Positions 1-12,929 of a DNA stretch of 64,000 nucleotides are shown in pieces. Made by a program: the position numbers and the translations under genes. This DNA comes from Azolla caroliniana (Eukaryota; Plantae; Polypodiophyta), in assembly GCA_043228905.1 (NCBI GenBank), contig JBHGNT010000002.1, positions 8,618,001 to 8,682,000 of the forward strand, given 5' to 3'. The notes below the pieces were generated by a model that searched no databases, was not told the origin of the DNA, and saw nothing but the letters and a program-made list of their open reading frames with translations. Every line of letters begins with the position of its first letter. Positions within the stretch are counted from its first letter, which is position 1.

Positions 1-3000
1 TAGGTGCTGCAAATGGTCTTTTTCCCGGCTATAGACTGCAAAGTCATCCAGGAAAACCTGCATGAAGGCTGGAATGTATTCGCCGAAGATCTCCATGATG
101 ATTCGCTGGAAAGTTGCTGGTGCCGTTTTTAGTCCGAACATCATTACTACGGCAACAAACACCCCCCATTCGGTGACGAACGCTGTCTTTTCCTGGTCGT
201 CAGGGTGCATCCGGATTTGATTGTATCCGCTGAACCCGTCTAAAAAGCTATAAACTTCATGGCCGGCGACGGCATCCAGTACTCCATCCGTGAACGGAAG
301 AGGGAATGCATCCGTAATTGTGGCTGCATTTAGTTTCCTGTAATCTACACATACGCGGATTTTACCGTTCTTCTTTGGGACGACGACGATGGGGCTCAGC
401 CACGTCGCTTTCTTTACCGGCCGGATGAAGCCCACTCTTAGGAGTTTGTCGATTTCCTCCTTCACTTTGGCGGCGTAGTTGGGGTTCATTCGGTAACGTC
501 TTTGCGCCACTGGTTTCGCGTCCTTGCCTAAGTGGATCTGATGCTGATATAATTGAGGGTCCAGCCCTCGCATGTCTTCGTATGACCAGGCGAATACGTC
601 GCGAAACTCCGTGAGAAGTTTGATCATCGTTGCTTTATCTTCCGGCTTCATCTCTTTGGCGATGTGTACCGGCTTTGATTCGTCCTTGCTTCCTAGGTTC
701 ACTTCGTCGAGCTGGGATGTTTTTACCCGTTGGGAAACGGCCATTTCCCGTTCCAACGCTTCCTGTGCTTGCCGTAATTCCCGAATCGAATCTTTGTCTG
801 GTTCGGCTTCGGTGTCGTCCCGCTGCGGCAAGTATGGTGCTACGGCTTCAGCCACGTCAATCTCGAAGAGTGGTACGATCTTCGGGTGTTCCTCCAAGTA
901 CTGGGCTTCTTCGTCGTCTGCTAACCCTTCAAGCATGTTCACGCATTCCGCATACAGCGGTGTGCATTCCTTACCGTTGCTAGTCCGTGGTTGTGTCGGT
1001 ACCCGGACCTTGGCTTTTCCGCGCCGGAAGGTAATCATATTTTTACGCCAATTTTGCTTGATGTGTGCTGTTTTCAACCATGGTCTGCCCAACAACAGTG
1101 GGTACGTGCCTTGCGCCTGTAGCTGCAGCACGACAGCTGAGATGTGAAATGTGTGACCTCCTATGGTGACTTCCAATTTCCGTATTAAGCCCGTCGGCCG
1201 TACAGAGCTCGTATCCGCCATCCGTAGCCAGAACGGACATGGCTCCCATTCATGTATACCCAAGGCATCACACGTGCGGAGGCTTATTACGTTCACCCCG
1301 GAACCTCCATCGATTACTGTGTCGGGAAGTTCGTGCCCTTTGACAATAGCTGTAATCACCGGACTACTAGTGTCCACCACCGTCGGTCCCTCCTCCGGAT
1401 TCGAGAAGAGGACTGGTGCCGGTGGGGCTACACCGTCTGTCATGACCGTTTTTAGTCCTTCCGTAAATCGCGGCATGAGTTGCAAGAGTCTTCCTAATGG
1501 CAACGTGATCTGACATTCTTGCAGTGCTTGCCATGTCTCGTTTTCTGCGTGGCTACCGCCGGCACTCCCTATGGTATTCGTCTTTTGCCGTTCCGCGTCC
1601 GCGACGTTCCTTTCATTGGCTTCCTTCACCCATTCCGTCGCCTGTTTTCGTATGGCCTCTTGTGTTTCCCACTCTTTGGCCATGCCTTTCGACCGTGTGG
1701 TTACTTGCTGTACATCCGCCACTTCCGGAACCACCATATTAACTGCTGGTCGTTTATCGTAGCTCTTTGCCGGGCACTGGTTACTGTAGTGGCCTTCCTG
1801 CCTGCAGTAGTAGCAGTACTCTTTACGGGTATTGTTGGATTCAGCATTGCTGGTAGCCGGAGTCGGTCCCGTAGTGAGTGGTGCGTTCTGTGCCGGTTGG
1901 CTCCTTGGGGTTCCATGTTCCGGGTCCCTAGGGTGACCACCTTTCTTGAAATTACGTTTCTTATTATTCTTATTTTTATTTCGGTAGTCCTGTCGTGGTG
2001 GATCGTAAAATCGGCCGTAGTCCTCCTGGTGCCTTCGGTAACCAGGGGAATGGTCTCTGTCGTATTGCTCGTGTCGTCTGTTGGACTCTCGATAACGGTC
2101 CGATCGCTCATACCGGTCGTAGTTATCATGCCGATCCCCGTACCGGCCATCATTCTCTTGTCTGTCTCCGTACCGGACATCCTGTGCCGGTCGGTACCGG
2201 TTCATTCTTTGCCAACGATCTTCATCTTCATCTCGGCTGCTTCTTGGCTCGATCCGTCGGACGGGTGGTGCTTGTCGGTTTAGCAGGTTATACTCGCACC
2301 GGTCCGTTGTATGACTCTTGGATTGACAAATCACACACTGGGTTCGCATGGTGCACTCCACTGCCGAGTGTCCGGCATTCAAGCAGATTGTGCATTGAAT
2401 TGCCTGCCGGAACCGGAGATCTTCATCGGTGGGTAACGCCCGTTGCAGTGCTCCCAGTGTAAGCCATGAGCTTGACTTTTCCATTTCTCTGACCTGGTCA
2501 ATGACCTGGTCAATGGTGCTTCCTCGAAAGTCGATCACCGTACACACCGTGCGTAACGGTTCCCGGAGTGCGTTTAAAAATATCGTCCGTAATTCCTCCT
2601 CCGGGGGTGCACGGGCAAGCTGGCTATGCATTCGTTGGAAACGGATGACGAATTGGGGAATGCTTTCCCCTGCCTCCTGTCGGGTCGTATAAAACAGGCC
2701 CACCATTGTCGTCTGGTCGACCTCCTTGTGGAAAAAATGCAAGAATTTTGCTTTTAATTCTGCAAAGGTTGTGATGGTCGCCGGGTCCTGCGTCCGCCGC
2801 CATCGTGCCGCTAGTCCTTCCAACGTGACCCCGAATTCGGCTATCTTCAAGCGTTCTTCTTCCTCCGGTGTCAATCGCTGGGACGCGTGATTTGCTTCCC
2901 ATGTCTGCTCGAAGGCATGAACATGCGCTTCCGCGTCCGGATCATCGCGATACTTTGAGTATTGGAACGACATGTCGTCGTCCAGTATTAGGCCGCGGTT

Positions 3001-3618
3001 TAGTGACGTTTGTCGATATCTTTCCGGTTTTCTCTCCTGTTCCACTTCCGGTTCTTTTTCTGGTTCTTTTTCCGGTTCCTTCACCGGCTCTTCTTCCGGT
3101 TCCTTCACCGGCTCTTCTTCCGGTACCTTCGCCGGCTCTTTCGTTGGTGTCGGTGGCTTTGCTTCTTCCACTTCCGGTGTTGGTGGGTTGACGGCTTCCG
3201 TTTGCGGTTCCGGATAGCCCTGGTCGAACGGTTCCGGTTCTGGAGTCGGCACGGTATCCGACCCGTCGTCCTCCGGGCCGTCGGGGGTATCGTTGCTGCT
3301 CTGGTAGTTCGTGTGCACGCTGTATCCCCCTTCGGAATCCGATTCGTAGGCTGAAAAGGCTTTTGCCTCGTTTTCTCCGCTTGCCAGCGCTTCGAAGAGG
3401 CGTTCGGTTTCCCGGAGACTACTTAGACCGCTTCCGTCGTCCTGGTCGCGAGTTTGCTGTAACCGAAGAGATTCCTCCGCGACTCTCCGGATCACGTTGG
3501 AGAACGAACGATCCGAGCGAATTTCGTGCGCTGCTTGCTGGAAAGTCTCACGCCGTCTTTGCCGTTCGGCGAGGCGTCGAGCTCGGTCTGTAACCAGGTC
3601 GTGCGTTGGTCTAGTCAT
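1..3618 (-). CDS. Gag-Pol polyprotein, partial (three CCHC knuckles, protease IVDGGSG, RT up to VFLDD)
   Basis: ATG at 3618 is in frame with QVFLDDFAVYS at 60-1; knuckles CTICLNAGHSAVEC, CVICQSKSHTTDRC and CYYCRQEGHYSNQC; PVKEPEEE low-complexity repeats at ~3040-3170; probably absent from the ORF track because it has no stop inside the window. Confidence 0.8.
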   Translation of the reverse strand, partial: MTRPTHDLVTDRARRLAERQRRRETFQQAAHEIRSDRSFSNVIRRVAEESLRLQQTRDQDDGSGLSSLRETERLFEALASGENEAKAFSAYESDSEGGYSVHTNYQSSNDTPDGPEDDGSDTVPTPEPEPFDQGYPEPQTEAVNPPTPEVEEAKPPTPTKEPAKVPEEEPVKEPEEEPVKEPEKEPEKEPEVEQERKPERYRQTSLNRGLILDDDMSFQYSKYRDDPDAEAHVHAFEQTWEANHASQRLTPEEEERLKIAEFGVTLEGLAARWRRTQDPATITTFAELKAKFLHFFHKEVDQTTMVGLFYTTRQEAGESIPQFVIRFQRMHSQLARAPPEEELRTIFLNALREPLRTVCTVIDFRGSTIDQVIDQVREMEKSSSWLTLGALQRALPTDEDLRFRQAIQCTICLNAGHSAVECTMRTQCVICQSKSHTTDRCEYNLLNRQAPPVRRIEPRSSRDEDEDRWQRMNRYRPAQDVRYGDRQENDGRYGDRHDNYDRYERSDRYRESNRRHEQYDRDHSPGYRRHQEDYGRFYDPPRQDYRNKNKNNKKRNFKKGGHPRDPEHGTPRSQPAQNAPLTTGPTPATSNAESNNTRKEYCYYCRQEGHYSNQCPAKSYDKRPAVNMVVPEVADVQQVTTRSKGMAKEWETQEAIRKQATEWVKEANERNVADAERQKTNTIGSAGGSHAENETWQALQECQITLPLGRLLQLMPRFTEGLKTVMTDGVAPPAPVLFSNPEEGPTVVDTSSPVITAIVKGHELPDTVIDGGSGVNVISLRTCDALGIHEWEPCPFWLRMADTSSVRPTGLIRKLEVTIGGHTFHISAVVLQLQAQGTYPLLLGRPWLKTAHIKQNWRKNMITFRRGKAKVRVPTQPRTSNGKECTPLYAECVNMLEGLADDEEAQYLEEHPKIVPLFEIDVAEAVAPYLPQRDDTEAEPDKDSIRELRQAQEALEREMAVSQRVKTSQLDEVNLGSKDESKPVHIAKEMKPEDKATMIKLLTEFRDVFAWSYEDMRGLDPQLYQHQIHLGKDAKPVAQRRYRMNPNYAAKVKEEIDKLLRVGFIRPVKKATWLSPIVVVPKKNGKIRVCVDYRKLNAATITDAFPLPFTDGVLDAVAGHEVYSFLDGFSGYNQIRMHPDDQEKTAFVTEWGVFVAVVMMFGLKTAPATFQRIIMEIFGEYIPAFMQVFLDDFAVYSREKDHLQHL

Positions 3619-3669
3619 CCATTAAGCCGTCGTTCGCTGCGAGAAAGCAAGAATCGTGGTCGCCAAAAC

Positions 3670-4090
3670 TGTGTTGTTCTCTGACCGGACAAGGCCTAAC
3701 ACAAGGTGTCACGGAGACACTTCACCAAAGGGTGATTACGGCATAGGATTATGACTCAACGATTACACCGACTTAAGTAGGTTACACGATTAGAGCGCTT
3801 TTGTTAATTACACGCGTAAGATATAACAGTAATTACAGAACGGAAATCAACACAGAAGTATAAACACCATACGCTCTATTAATTATCCGTTGCGATTACA
3901 ATGGGGTCCGGGCCTTTAAATAGGTTTCCGGCCCGTAGTACAAAACGGTGCCTATCGCACCTATTCGGGACCCGTCCGGATCTGGAACGACATACCGTTT
4001 CCAGTCCGTCCGTCCACACTATGCTTATTTACAACCATACTTAATTAATTCCTTCACTCCGTATTTTGGACTCCTTGCCGGCCGGTAACA
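3670..4090 (-). repeat. 5' LTR of the Gypsy element
   Basis: TG...CA termini, adjacent PBS, abrupt switch to Copia coding sequence at 4091. Confidence 0.85.
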
Positions 4091-7000
4091 TTCTCTTCAT
4101 CAACGACTTTTCTAGGCACACTTGGATCTTCCCGATGCAGCAAAAGAGCGAAGTGTTTGGACACTTCCAAAATTTCAAGAATGAAGTCGAGAAAGCCACG
4201 GGCCGACATGTACTATGCCTTCGATCGGATGGCGGCAAGGAGTACTTCTCGGATGATTTCACGGCGTATCTCCGAAAGGAAGGAATTCAGCGAGAATTCA
4301 CTTGCCGACACACTAATTCACTTGCCGACACACTCCGCAACAAAACGGAGTAGCCGAGCGCAAAAATCGGCACATCCTCGAAGTAGCGCGGGCCATGATG
4401 AACGAGAAGCATATGCCCAAGTCATATTGGGCCGAAGCGGCAAATATGGCCGTCTACCTAATGAACCGGTGCACAACATCCGGCGTGCACGAGGTCACTC
4501 CGCACGAAAGATTCTTTGGAAAGAAACCGAACCTATCACATGTTCGGATATTCGGCTCCATTGCGTACGTGCACATCCCTGACGAGAAGCGTCAAAAGCT
4601 TGACCCGAAGTCGGAGAAATGTATCCTCGTAGGATACTCACTTGAACAAAAGGGGTACAAGTGCTACAACCCCTCAACTCAGAAATCTCGAGTAAGTCGA
4701 GACGTCGTTTTTGACGAGTCCGCATCCTGGTATGCACCAGAGACAACTTCGCCTCCACTCGACCCGGAATTTTCCGAACAAGAGATCGAGGATGAAGATC
4801 GCCCTACGCGCATGATCGAAGAAAGTCCGATCACGACCCGACTGAGCAGACCACAAGAGCCTTTGAGCGATCAAAGCACATCACGGCCTAGCCCGAAGAT
4901 GGACAAAGGCAAGGCGAAAATGGCGGAATATGAAGACGATCGCATCGACGACGATGAATCGACTCACTCACTCGACAGTGAGTTCGGCGGCTTCGATGTA
5001 CCAATCGGAACTAAGAACGCCCTCATCTCTGCAAATGAAAAGCTCTGCCGATCCACTCGTGAAAAGAACCCCGTAAGCCGATTCGGCTACAATGAGTATA
5101 TGGCGTACCATTATGCCTTTATGATGAAGGTAGTGACAGTACGGGAGCCGGAAACCTTTTCGGAAGTTGCAAAGGACCCGCGATGGATGGAAGCAATGAA
5201 CGAAGAGATGCAGGCACTACGGAAGAACGAAACGTGGGATCTCGTTCCCACCTCACCACACAAAAAGGCGATCGGATGCAGATGGATCTACAAGGTGAAG
5301 TATAATGCCGATGGCTCCGTAAACCGCTACAAAGCTCGACTTGTAGCAAAAGGATACACTTAGACGCATGGCGTCGACTACGAAGAGACCTTTGCCCCGG
5401 TGGCAAAGATAACAACGGTGCGGACCGTAATTGCGCTTGCCGCGGCGAAAGGGTGGCACCTCCATCAAATGGACGTCAAGAACGCCTTTCTACAAGGCGA
5501 ATTAGAAGAGGAGGTGTACATGATACAACCACCTGGCTTCAACTCGAGCACCCATCCGAAAGTTGTTTGCCGACTCAAGAAGCCTCTCTACGGCCTCAAG
5601 CAAGCACCGCGTGCTTGGCATTCGAAGATAACGCAATATCTTCATCAAATCGGCTTCCGTATGTCAAAATTGGACAACTCCCTCTACATACGAAACGATT
5701 TTGCAAGTTCGATTGTCATCATTTTATATGTGGATGACCTAGTCATTAGCATCTCGTCGAAATCAATAAAGTTAAATCCCTCCTTTCTGACAAGTTTGAG
5801 ATGACGAACATGAAGGAGCTCTACTACTTCCTCGGCATCGAGGTAATTTGGACTCCAACCGGAATCATGATCTCTCAACGGCACTACATCCTCAACTTGT
5901 TATACAAGTTCGGGATGGCTGAGTGCAAATCCGCAGCAACCTTGCTCGATCACAATCTCAAACTAGATGCGAACTCCGGCACCAAAGCGTGTGAGCCGAC
6001 TCAGTATTGGCAACTCATCGGGAGTCTAATCTACCTCACTATCACTCGACCCGATCTCAGTTATCTGGTCGGTCTCCTTAGCCAATTCATGCAAACACCG
6101 CGTGATACTCACTTGGATTGCACTAAGCGAGTTCTACGATACGTGAGCGGCACAATGGATTGCGGCATCCTCTACAAGACCGCGATGCCAATACGACTTG
6201 AGGGGTACACAGACGCCGATTGGGCCGGCTACAAAGCCGATAGAAGACCAACCTCCAGATTTGTTTTCTCCCTCGGCAGCGGAGCAATATCCTGGAGTAG
6301 CAAGAAGCAGCCCACCGTTGCTCTTTCGAGTACGGAGGCAGAATACAGGGGCGCAACCGTAGCTGCGTGTGAAGCCGTATGGCTCAAGAGGATTTTGAAG
6401 GATCTAGGCGTACCCATCAAGGATCCGACTTCCCTTTACTGCGACAACATGAGCAATATCTATTTGGCTCGGAACCTGGTGTTCCACGTGCGGACAAAGC
6501 ACATCGAAGTGCACTATCACTTCATCCGAGAGCGTGTTCTGGCTGGCGATGTTGACCTACAACACATTAGCACCAATCTTCAAACGACCGACATCTTCAC
6601 TAAAGCCTTAGGAGCCGACAAGCTATGGAAATTCATGACCGATCTCGGATTGACGATCCCTGACATTCCATGCTTGAGGGAGAGTACTGAAGACACTACG
6701 CAATAACGTGTGGATTCCGCAACCCCGCAACGAAGCAGCGAAGAGCTGATCTACCGCGCAAAGCCGTGAAGAAACACGCAAGCTGAAGCACAGACTTCGC
6801 AACTACGCACGCAAGCCGAAGCACAGACTTTGTAACTATGCACAATGCAAGCTGGAGCACGGATTCCGCAACTCCGCATAAATCGAGCCGACGCGAGTCG
6901 ACGTGGACTCCGGAACACGAGTTGAAGCGGATTTCGGATACCGTCTGAAACCGACCCGACTTGAGCTTGAGGGGGTGTGTTGAGAATCAAGCTCAACTTG

Positions 7001-7356
7001 GTCTAGTGTGTGAACTCACCTTGAGAGTGAAGAGACACTCCGACGGTCAAGAGTCACCATTATGTCACCACTTTGTATTCTAGCATTTAGTATGAGTCAT
7101 AGAATCATATTCTATGACATAACTTATGAGCTTTCACATTCCCCATGTTCCATGAGGCTTGTAGTTAATGAAGAGAGAGGGTGACTACATAAAGCACCCT
7201 CCTCTTACCTTGTATAATGTTGAGTCTTTCTCCTTTGTTAATATACTTTTACCTTGCGTATTCCTTGTCTCTCTCACTCTCTCTCTCACTCTCTCATACA
7301 CACACATAACTCATATGTCTTCCGCTTCACGAGAATCCATCTCTTAATTCTTTACA
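4091..7356 (+). mobile_element. Ty1/Copia retrotransposon 3' half (INT-RT-RNase H, degenerate) with 3' LTR 6978-7356
   Basis: Motifs LRSDGGKEY, YKARLVAKG, LHQMDVKNAF, LYVDDL, YTDADWA, TKHIEVHYHF; stops and frameshifts, including a 20-bp tandem duplication at 4295-4334; PPT GAGGGGG before the LTR; same family as 46715-62207. Confidence 0.93.
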
Positions 7357-9799
7357 TCAACCAAACTCTAACTCAATCCCTTGACTTCAAATTTGAAAGA
7401 CGTGACGCTTCGCAAATGAGGCCTTGATTAATTACTTCGTTGATTCCTTGATGCCTACATGGTTTCTTTCCCTCTCTTTATATAGCTGTTCGGATGCTCA
7501 CATGCATGTGTTGTATGTGAGAAGTCATGAGATGGATATAATGCATGAAATGCATGTGATGTATGATTATCTCTTGACATGGCGTTATATCTAATGAGAA
7601 TAGACATAATATAATGGTTTATACTCTATCCTTAATGTGCAAGGTTATAGGTTCAAGCCTTACAAATGTTACTTGAAATAATATTTGAGTTTGTTTTTAT
7701 ATCACGAAGCAATTGCTTCACGACACAGGAAAGCTCTTCTCATCATATATATAATCCTCTCATTCACAATGCTAGGTTTCCTTCTCGTCATATATGTTTG
7801 GGTTCGGTCCAAGCTCACACCAGTCCAGCCAACTTGCCTTTTTCTTTAGTACGTGCTATTTACAACTAAGCACACGTATGCTAACAAGATTGAAAAAGAG
7901 AAGTAGAGAAGGAGGCAGAAAGATGGGATCATTTTAATGAGGTTACCAGATAATTCGAGATGATGGTAAAGTAAGATATGTGGATTGAAATGCATCCCGG
8001 TCCATTGCCTAATCAACACACAATTGCATTAGAAAAGACAAAGGAGGCCTTAGCTAATATGAACTCAATGAATACAATCCATTAACCGTAGAATTCAACA
8101 AATGAATGAGGTCTTTCACTTGGGATGTGTAGTGCACAATGCTAAACCAAGGACCAATCTTAGATAAAAATTTGGTAATGTGACTCTATGAAACTAATTT
8201 GGTTCTCCTCTCTCAATATGAAAACACTCTTCAACATTCGACCACATTCTTGATGATTTTCATAAAGCAAGCGGCATATTTGTGAACATTGGGAAGACCA
8301 ACTACATGCAACTTTCTTTACTAAAATTCTTGAACTTCATATCTATAAATCATATTTAAGTTTCTCTATGCTTATATATTGATAGAGTTTATTGGCTTTC
8401 ACTTGGTATACCAAGTGTAGCTAGACTTCTTTGCGTCCTTAATCAAATGATTTATATGAATTTCATGAAAAGCATTTGATTTAGTGTTAATCACATTTCT
8501 ATTTCCATGAACTTCTTATACATTATTATAGTCTGGTATTCCCTTGGTATACCAAACAAATGCAAAACTATCACTACACAAACAGAGAGAAACATAGAAA
8601 TGATATATGAATTTATTGAAATCCATGAAAGTATTTGATATAGTACTGACAAAAACTATCCCAACAAGCAACGGAAACATTTGGTGCACCAAGTAAATTG
8701 CCATATATGAATGTAAGTAATAGAAAGTGAGCAATTTTCAAAACAACCTTACATAAACATTTAGTTATTCTACTTCAATTAATGTAGAGAATTTGGTGCT
8801 CTTGTCACTTGAGAGAGTGGCATATTCATGAATATAGATAAAACCATAGTACATAATATACTTTTCATACGAATGCAAACGAATGCATATGTTATCAAAA
8901 CATTCGTATGTTTTTTTTTCTTACACTTTTTACCTTAGCTTTCTTATCTTAAAAAAATATTACCTTATAATAAACAATGAATACAAGATTATGGTATTTA
9001 CCATACTTCGAGTGTGTTTACCATACTCGAATGATTGAAACATTCTCGAATGCGAATTCACGTATGGCACATATGGTTCATACTATGGACAAAACCATAT
9101 GCATGATTGTTAAAACTAAACTTATTTGGTAAAATTCTTAGACTATCTAGCACTCACATTTTTGTGACTTCGCTTATACATTGTATGTTAGTCTAAATTT
9201 TATGGTGTTACATAAAATGCATATGACACAAAATGTCATGACAATTCAAACATTTCATGCTTGTCTGTCTAGGCGCTCCTCTTGTATTTAACCTAACTTC
9301 TCTCTACTCACTATGTAGTACATCCACGGAGAAACTACAATCATACAATGACATAACACTTCATCACATTTCTCTCGGTCATAATCACTTTGTAATTCTC
9401 TTGCTAGTTAAAAGTGTGCGCACTTGTGGCTTGTATGGTTTCACATTTTCTTTTACCACATAAGACTATGAGTCTCTCAAATAAAGGCATACATGGCATA
9501 GTCTTACTTGGGTTCATGGCTGACATGGTTGGTGTCTGAATTTCAATACATCTCATTTGCTTCCAATTTGAGCACAAACCATTGGTTAATTGGGTTTGAA
9601 TCTTGTGCTCTTGATTGAAATCTTGCATCTAAAATTTAGCTTGATCATGACATATGACTTTTAACTCATAGCCAAAGATTCTTTTGTGATTTGGTTCACA
9701 TATTCATGATTGATGTCAAATCCTCCACTTGTGTCTTCTTGTTTAGTCTTTCAAAAATAACATATCAATCAGAGATCTCGATCAAACTCTTAACCTTTC

Positions 9800-12037
9800 T
9801 CAAAGCTTTTGTGCACATTTTTCTTTCATCTTCTCCAAAATATCAGCTGCATCAATTTCCCTACTGGCCAATGTATAAATTTGTGATAGAATTACATACA
9901 GGCAAGCCTCTTCCGGATAAAGCTCAATGAGACGCATCCCTATCCGTTCACCTCTCTCAATATCACCTTCATTCTTACAAGCACTCAAGATGGTTGACCA
10001 TGAAGCATATGTGGTCGAGAATGGCATATTTCTAATTAAGTCCTCAGCCTCATCCAATAGGCCTGATTTTGCTAGCAAATCAACCATACAATCACAATGC
10101 TCTTTAGTTGGTATGATTCCATGATCGTGTTTCATCGATGCAAATAACCTCCGTCCCTCATTTATGAGGCCGGCACGACTACATGCTGAGAGGACACTGA
10201 CATATGTAATCTTATTTGGCACAACTTTTCCTCGTTTCATCTCGTCAAAGAACTGAACAACCTCTCGTCCATAGCCATGTTGAGCATATACATTAATTAT
10301 AGCTGACCATAGTACAACATCCCTGACGAAGATGTTATCGAATATACCCCTTGCATCCTCAAGGCTCCCACACTTCCCATACATGTTAATAAGCGCTGTT
10401 CCCACAACAGTATCTTGTGTAAAGTTGTATTCAACGGAGAGGTTGTGTATTTTCCGACCTTCTCTTAAAACCACTTGGCTTGAACAGGCTGACAAAACAT
10501 TGGACAATGTGAAGTTATCTGGGGTTATTACTTCGTCTCTATGCATTTCCACAAAGAGATTGAGAACCTCTTCACCTTTATCATATTGGTTACACACTGC
10601 AAAGATTGAATTCCATAACAAGACATTTTGCACTTTCCTTTCATGGAAGGCCTCTAGTGCATCCTGAAGGCTGCCACAATTGCCATACATGTTTACAAGG
10701 GATGTTGTAATCACAACATTAGATTGATAGAAAACACGAGAATGTATTCGTTTACCTTCCGTCAACACTTGTCTGCCCCCAGCAAATGTATCGAGAATGC
10801 AAGAGTAAGTGATTTCATTAGGAGCTCTTCCTTCTTGCACCATTTGCTGGAAAACCAAGAGGGCTTCATTACTGCATTTATCATCGCCATAACTTGAAAT
10901 CAACGTATTCCAAGCGACAACATCAGTCTCAGACATTTCTCTAAGCAATTTCAAAGCGGTGCTGAAACACTTACACTTCCCATACATGTTAATAAGAGAA
11001 TTCGCTACCGTGAGGTCGCTTTCGAATCCTACAGAGACAATGATGCTATGGATATCCATGCCTTTGGTTAGCTTTATCTGGTTTGCATACACAGATAGTA
11101 TACTAGTAAAAGTGGCTGTATCTGGAGCAATATCCTCTTCTAACATTTTCTCAAAGATTTGACTTGCATCATCGAGCTTGCCATGATGAACATGGGCAGC
11201 TAAGATGATATTCCATGCAGAAACAGTTTGCTTAGAATTCACATCAAAGGAAGCATCAGCCTCATCGAGAACTCCCCACCGTCCATACATGTTAGTAAGA
11301 GAATTCCACATGTAAGGATGCGTTTCTACTTCACTTCCGGTTATCCTTGCATGTAAATACCTTCCATTCTTTGCGAATTTCAAGCATTTACAAGCCGAGA
11401 GTATGCTCATGAAAGTGAAACTATTAGGCAATATTCCTTCTTCCAACATGCTACTAAAGAGAATCAATGCTTCTTCTCTCTGGCCATGTTTTGCACACTG
11501 GGCAATCATCGTGCTCCATGTGATCACATTTCGGACAGCCATATGTGAAAAGACCTTCCAAGCATACTGCATACACCCGGCTTTTCCATACACATGGAGG
11601 AGAGATGTGCCCATAACCACATCGTTGACCGATACATCTTGACCCATATGAACATGCATTTTCTTTGCATAAACAATGTTGTCTATTTCTTCTCGAGATG
11701 AAGAAAGCATAGCCAGCCATGTTATCTTGTCAGCTAGAACCGATTCTATTTGCATTCGCCAGAAAAGCATTCTCATTCCTTCAGATTCTCCTCCTTGAGA
11801 AAGAGCTCCTATCATACAATTCCAAGCATTGATATGTTTCTCCTCGGTCCTTGAAAAGCACGATTTCGCATCATCGAGAGAACCACACCTAATGTAAAAT
11901 TGTATAATAATGCTTCCGAACGATATATCATCCTCCATGGCACAAGAGACAACCTCATAGTGAAGATACATGCCCTGTATGAGATTCTTCATCTTTGCGA
12001 GATCCCGAAGAAGAGATTCCCGTGTTTCGGCAATCAT
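9800..12037 (-). CDS. PLS-class pentatricopeptide repeat protein with C-terminal E domain (probable organellar RNA editing factor), intronless
   Basis: 745-aa ORF with repeated PLS motifs (ALINMYGKCGSLEDA, VVLWSAIINVYAQHG, PNKITYVSVLSACS, HCDCMVDLLAKSG) and an E-like tail (WSTILSACK...YVILSQIY); no DYW domain. Confidence 0.93.
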   Translation of the reverse strand: MIAETRESLLRDLAKMKNLIQGMYLHYEVVSCAMEDDISFGSIIIQFYIRCGSLDDAKSCFSRTEEKHINAWNCMIGALSQGGESEGMRMLFWRMQIESVLADKITWLAMLSSSREEIDNIVYAKKMHVHMGQDVSVNDVVMGTSLLHVYGKAGCMQYAWKVFSHMAVRNVITWSTMIAQCAKHGQREEALILFSSMLEEGILPNSFTFMSILSACKCLKFAKNGRYLHARITGSEVETHPYMWNSLTNMYGRWGVLDEADASFDVNSKQTVSAWNIILAAHVHHGKLDDASQIFEKMLEEDIAPDTATFTSILSVYANQIKLTKGMDIHSIIVSVGFESDLTVANSLINMYGKCKCFSTALKLLREMSETDVVAWNTLISSYGDDKCSNEALLVFQQMVQEGRAPNEITYSCILDTFAGGRQVLTEGKRIHSRVFYQSNVVITTSLVNMYGNCGSLQDALEAFHERKVQNVLLWNSIFAVCNQYDKGEEVLNLFVEMHRDEVITPDNFTLSNVLSACSSQVVLREGRKIHNLSVEYNFTQDTVVGTALINMYGKCGSLEDARGIFDNIFVRDVVLWSAIINVYAQHGYGREVVQFFDEMKRGKVVPNKITYVSVLSACSRAGLINEGRRLFASMKHDHGIIPTKEHCDCMVDLLAKSGLLDEAEDLIRNMPFSTTYASWSTILSACKNEGDIERGERIGMRLIELYPEEACLYVILSQIYTLASREIDAADILEKMKEKCAQKL

Positions 12038-12929
12038 GAGAGAGTGTATTCTTCCATAGAGTATTCCTTAATGATGATACATACGAATGATTCGGTTGGA
12101 GATGAAGTGCAACGAAGGCGAAGACGTAATTGTGGATTGGTTCATAGATTTCATGATTCTGATACCGTTTGTCCGAGTTATGCAAAACAGTGAGACTCGG
12201 AAATTATAGGATTTCTCTCCCCTGTTTCTTTGTTTGTTTGTCTTTAGCACAGAAAAGAAATGGGCCTTAATGCCAAATTACAAAACTAGCACTCTATCTT
12301 AAGAATGGATCTTAATGCCAAATTACAAAACTTGTTAGTCCAAGAATGGGCCAAAATTTCTCTAAACTTCTGTCCGCAAAATGATGAGAGGATGGGTACT
12401 TAAGCCCAATCGAACATTGGATGGCTGATAACGTAGGCGGATGTCTAGTACTTTGTCTTCATGGTAATCACGTCGAACAAATCCGCATGTTGATAAAAAT
12501 GCTCGAAAAAAGACTACATGTTTGGATCTCAATATATGATCTCCGATCGTGGTCTTATTGATCTCCAACTATGGCCGTTTGTCCTGTGCTTGTGAGCAAG
12601 TAAAATGCCTTTTAACACATCAAAAGGGATATCACTTTGAACTGACTATTATTTTACAAAAAATGGAATTTAACTTAGAATTTGATGGCACCATCTAAGC
12701 GGTGATAGAAGCTTTACTGAATTTTTTTGAATGAACCTCAAACATCCAAAGCTTGCATCATTGTGATTTAACAAAAGTATATACATTAAAAGCAAAATCA
12801 TTATTAAATGCTAAAATTGGTCACTTCTAAAAGTATATGCACATAATCTTGACTATTGTGAAAATTACTCTAAAAGTATACCTGACTATGACGTATAATG
12901 GGTACAATGAATGTACTTTTGAACCTCGA

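Larger units (their letters stand above)
1..4090 (-). mobile_element. Ty3/Gypsy LTR retrotransposon, non-chromovirus-like (5' LTR, PBS and gag-pol; runs off the window start), inserted into a Copia integrase
   Basis: LTR 3670-4090 (minus strand TGTTACC...CAACACA); PBS TGGCGACCACG (tRNA-Arg-like) just inside; Copia integrase sequence (LFINDFSRHTWI) resumes at 4091. Confidence 0.9.

Noticed and set aside
572-3593. Many plus-strand ORFs
   Set aside because: Antisense shadows of the minus-strand gag-pol frame, with no recognisable motifs.
7357-9790. AT-rich region with short ORFs and weak repeats
   Set aside because: No motifs, termini or TSDs that I could support; probably decayed repeats and intergenic DNA.
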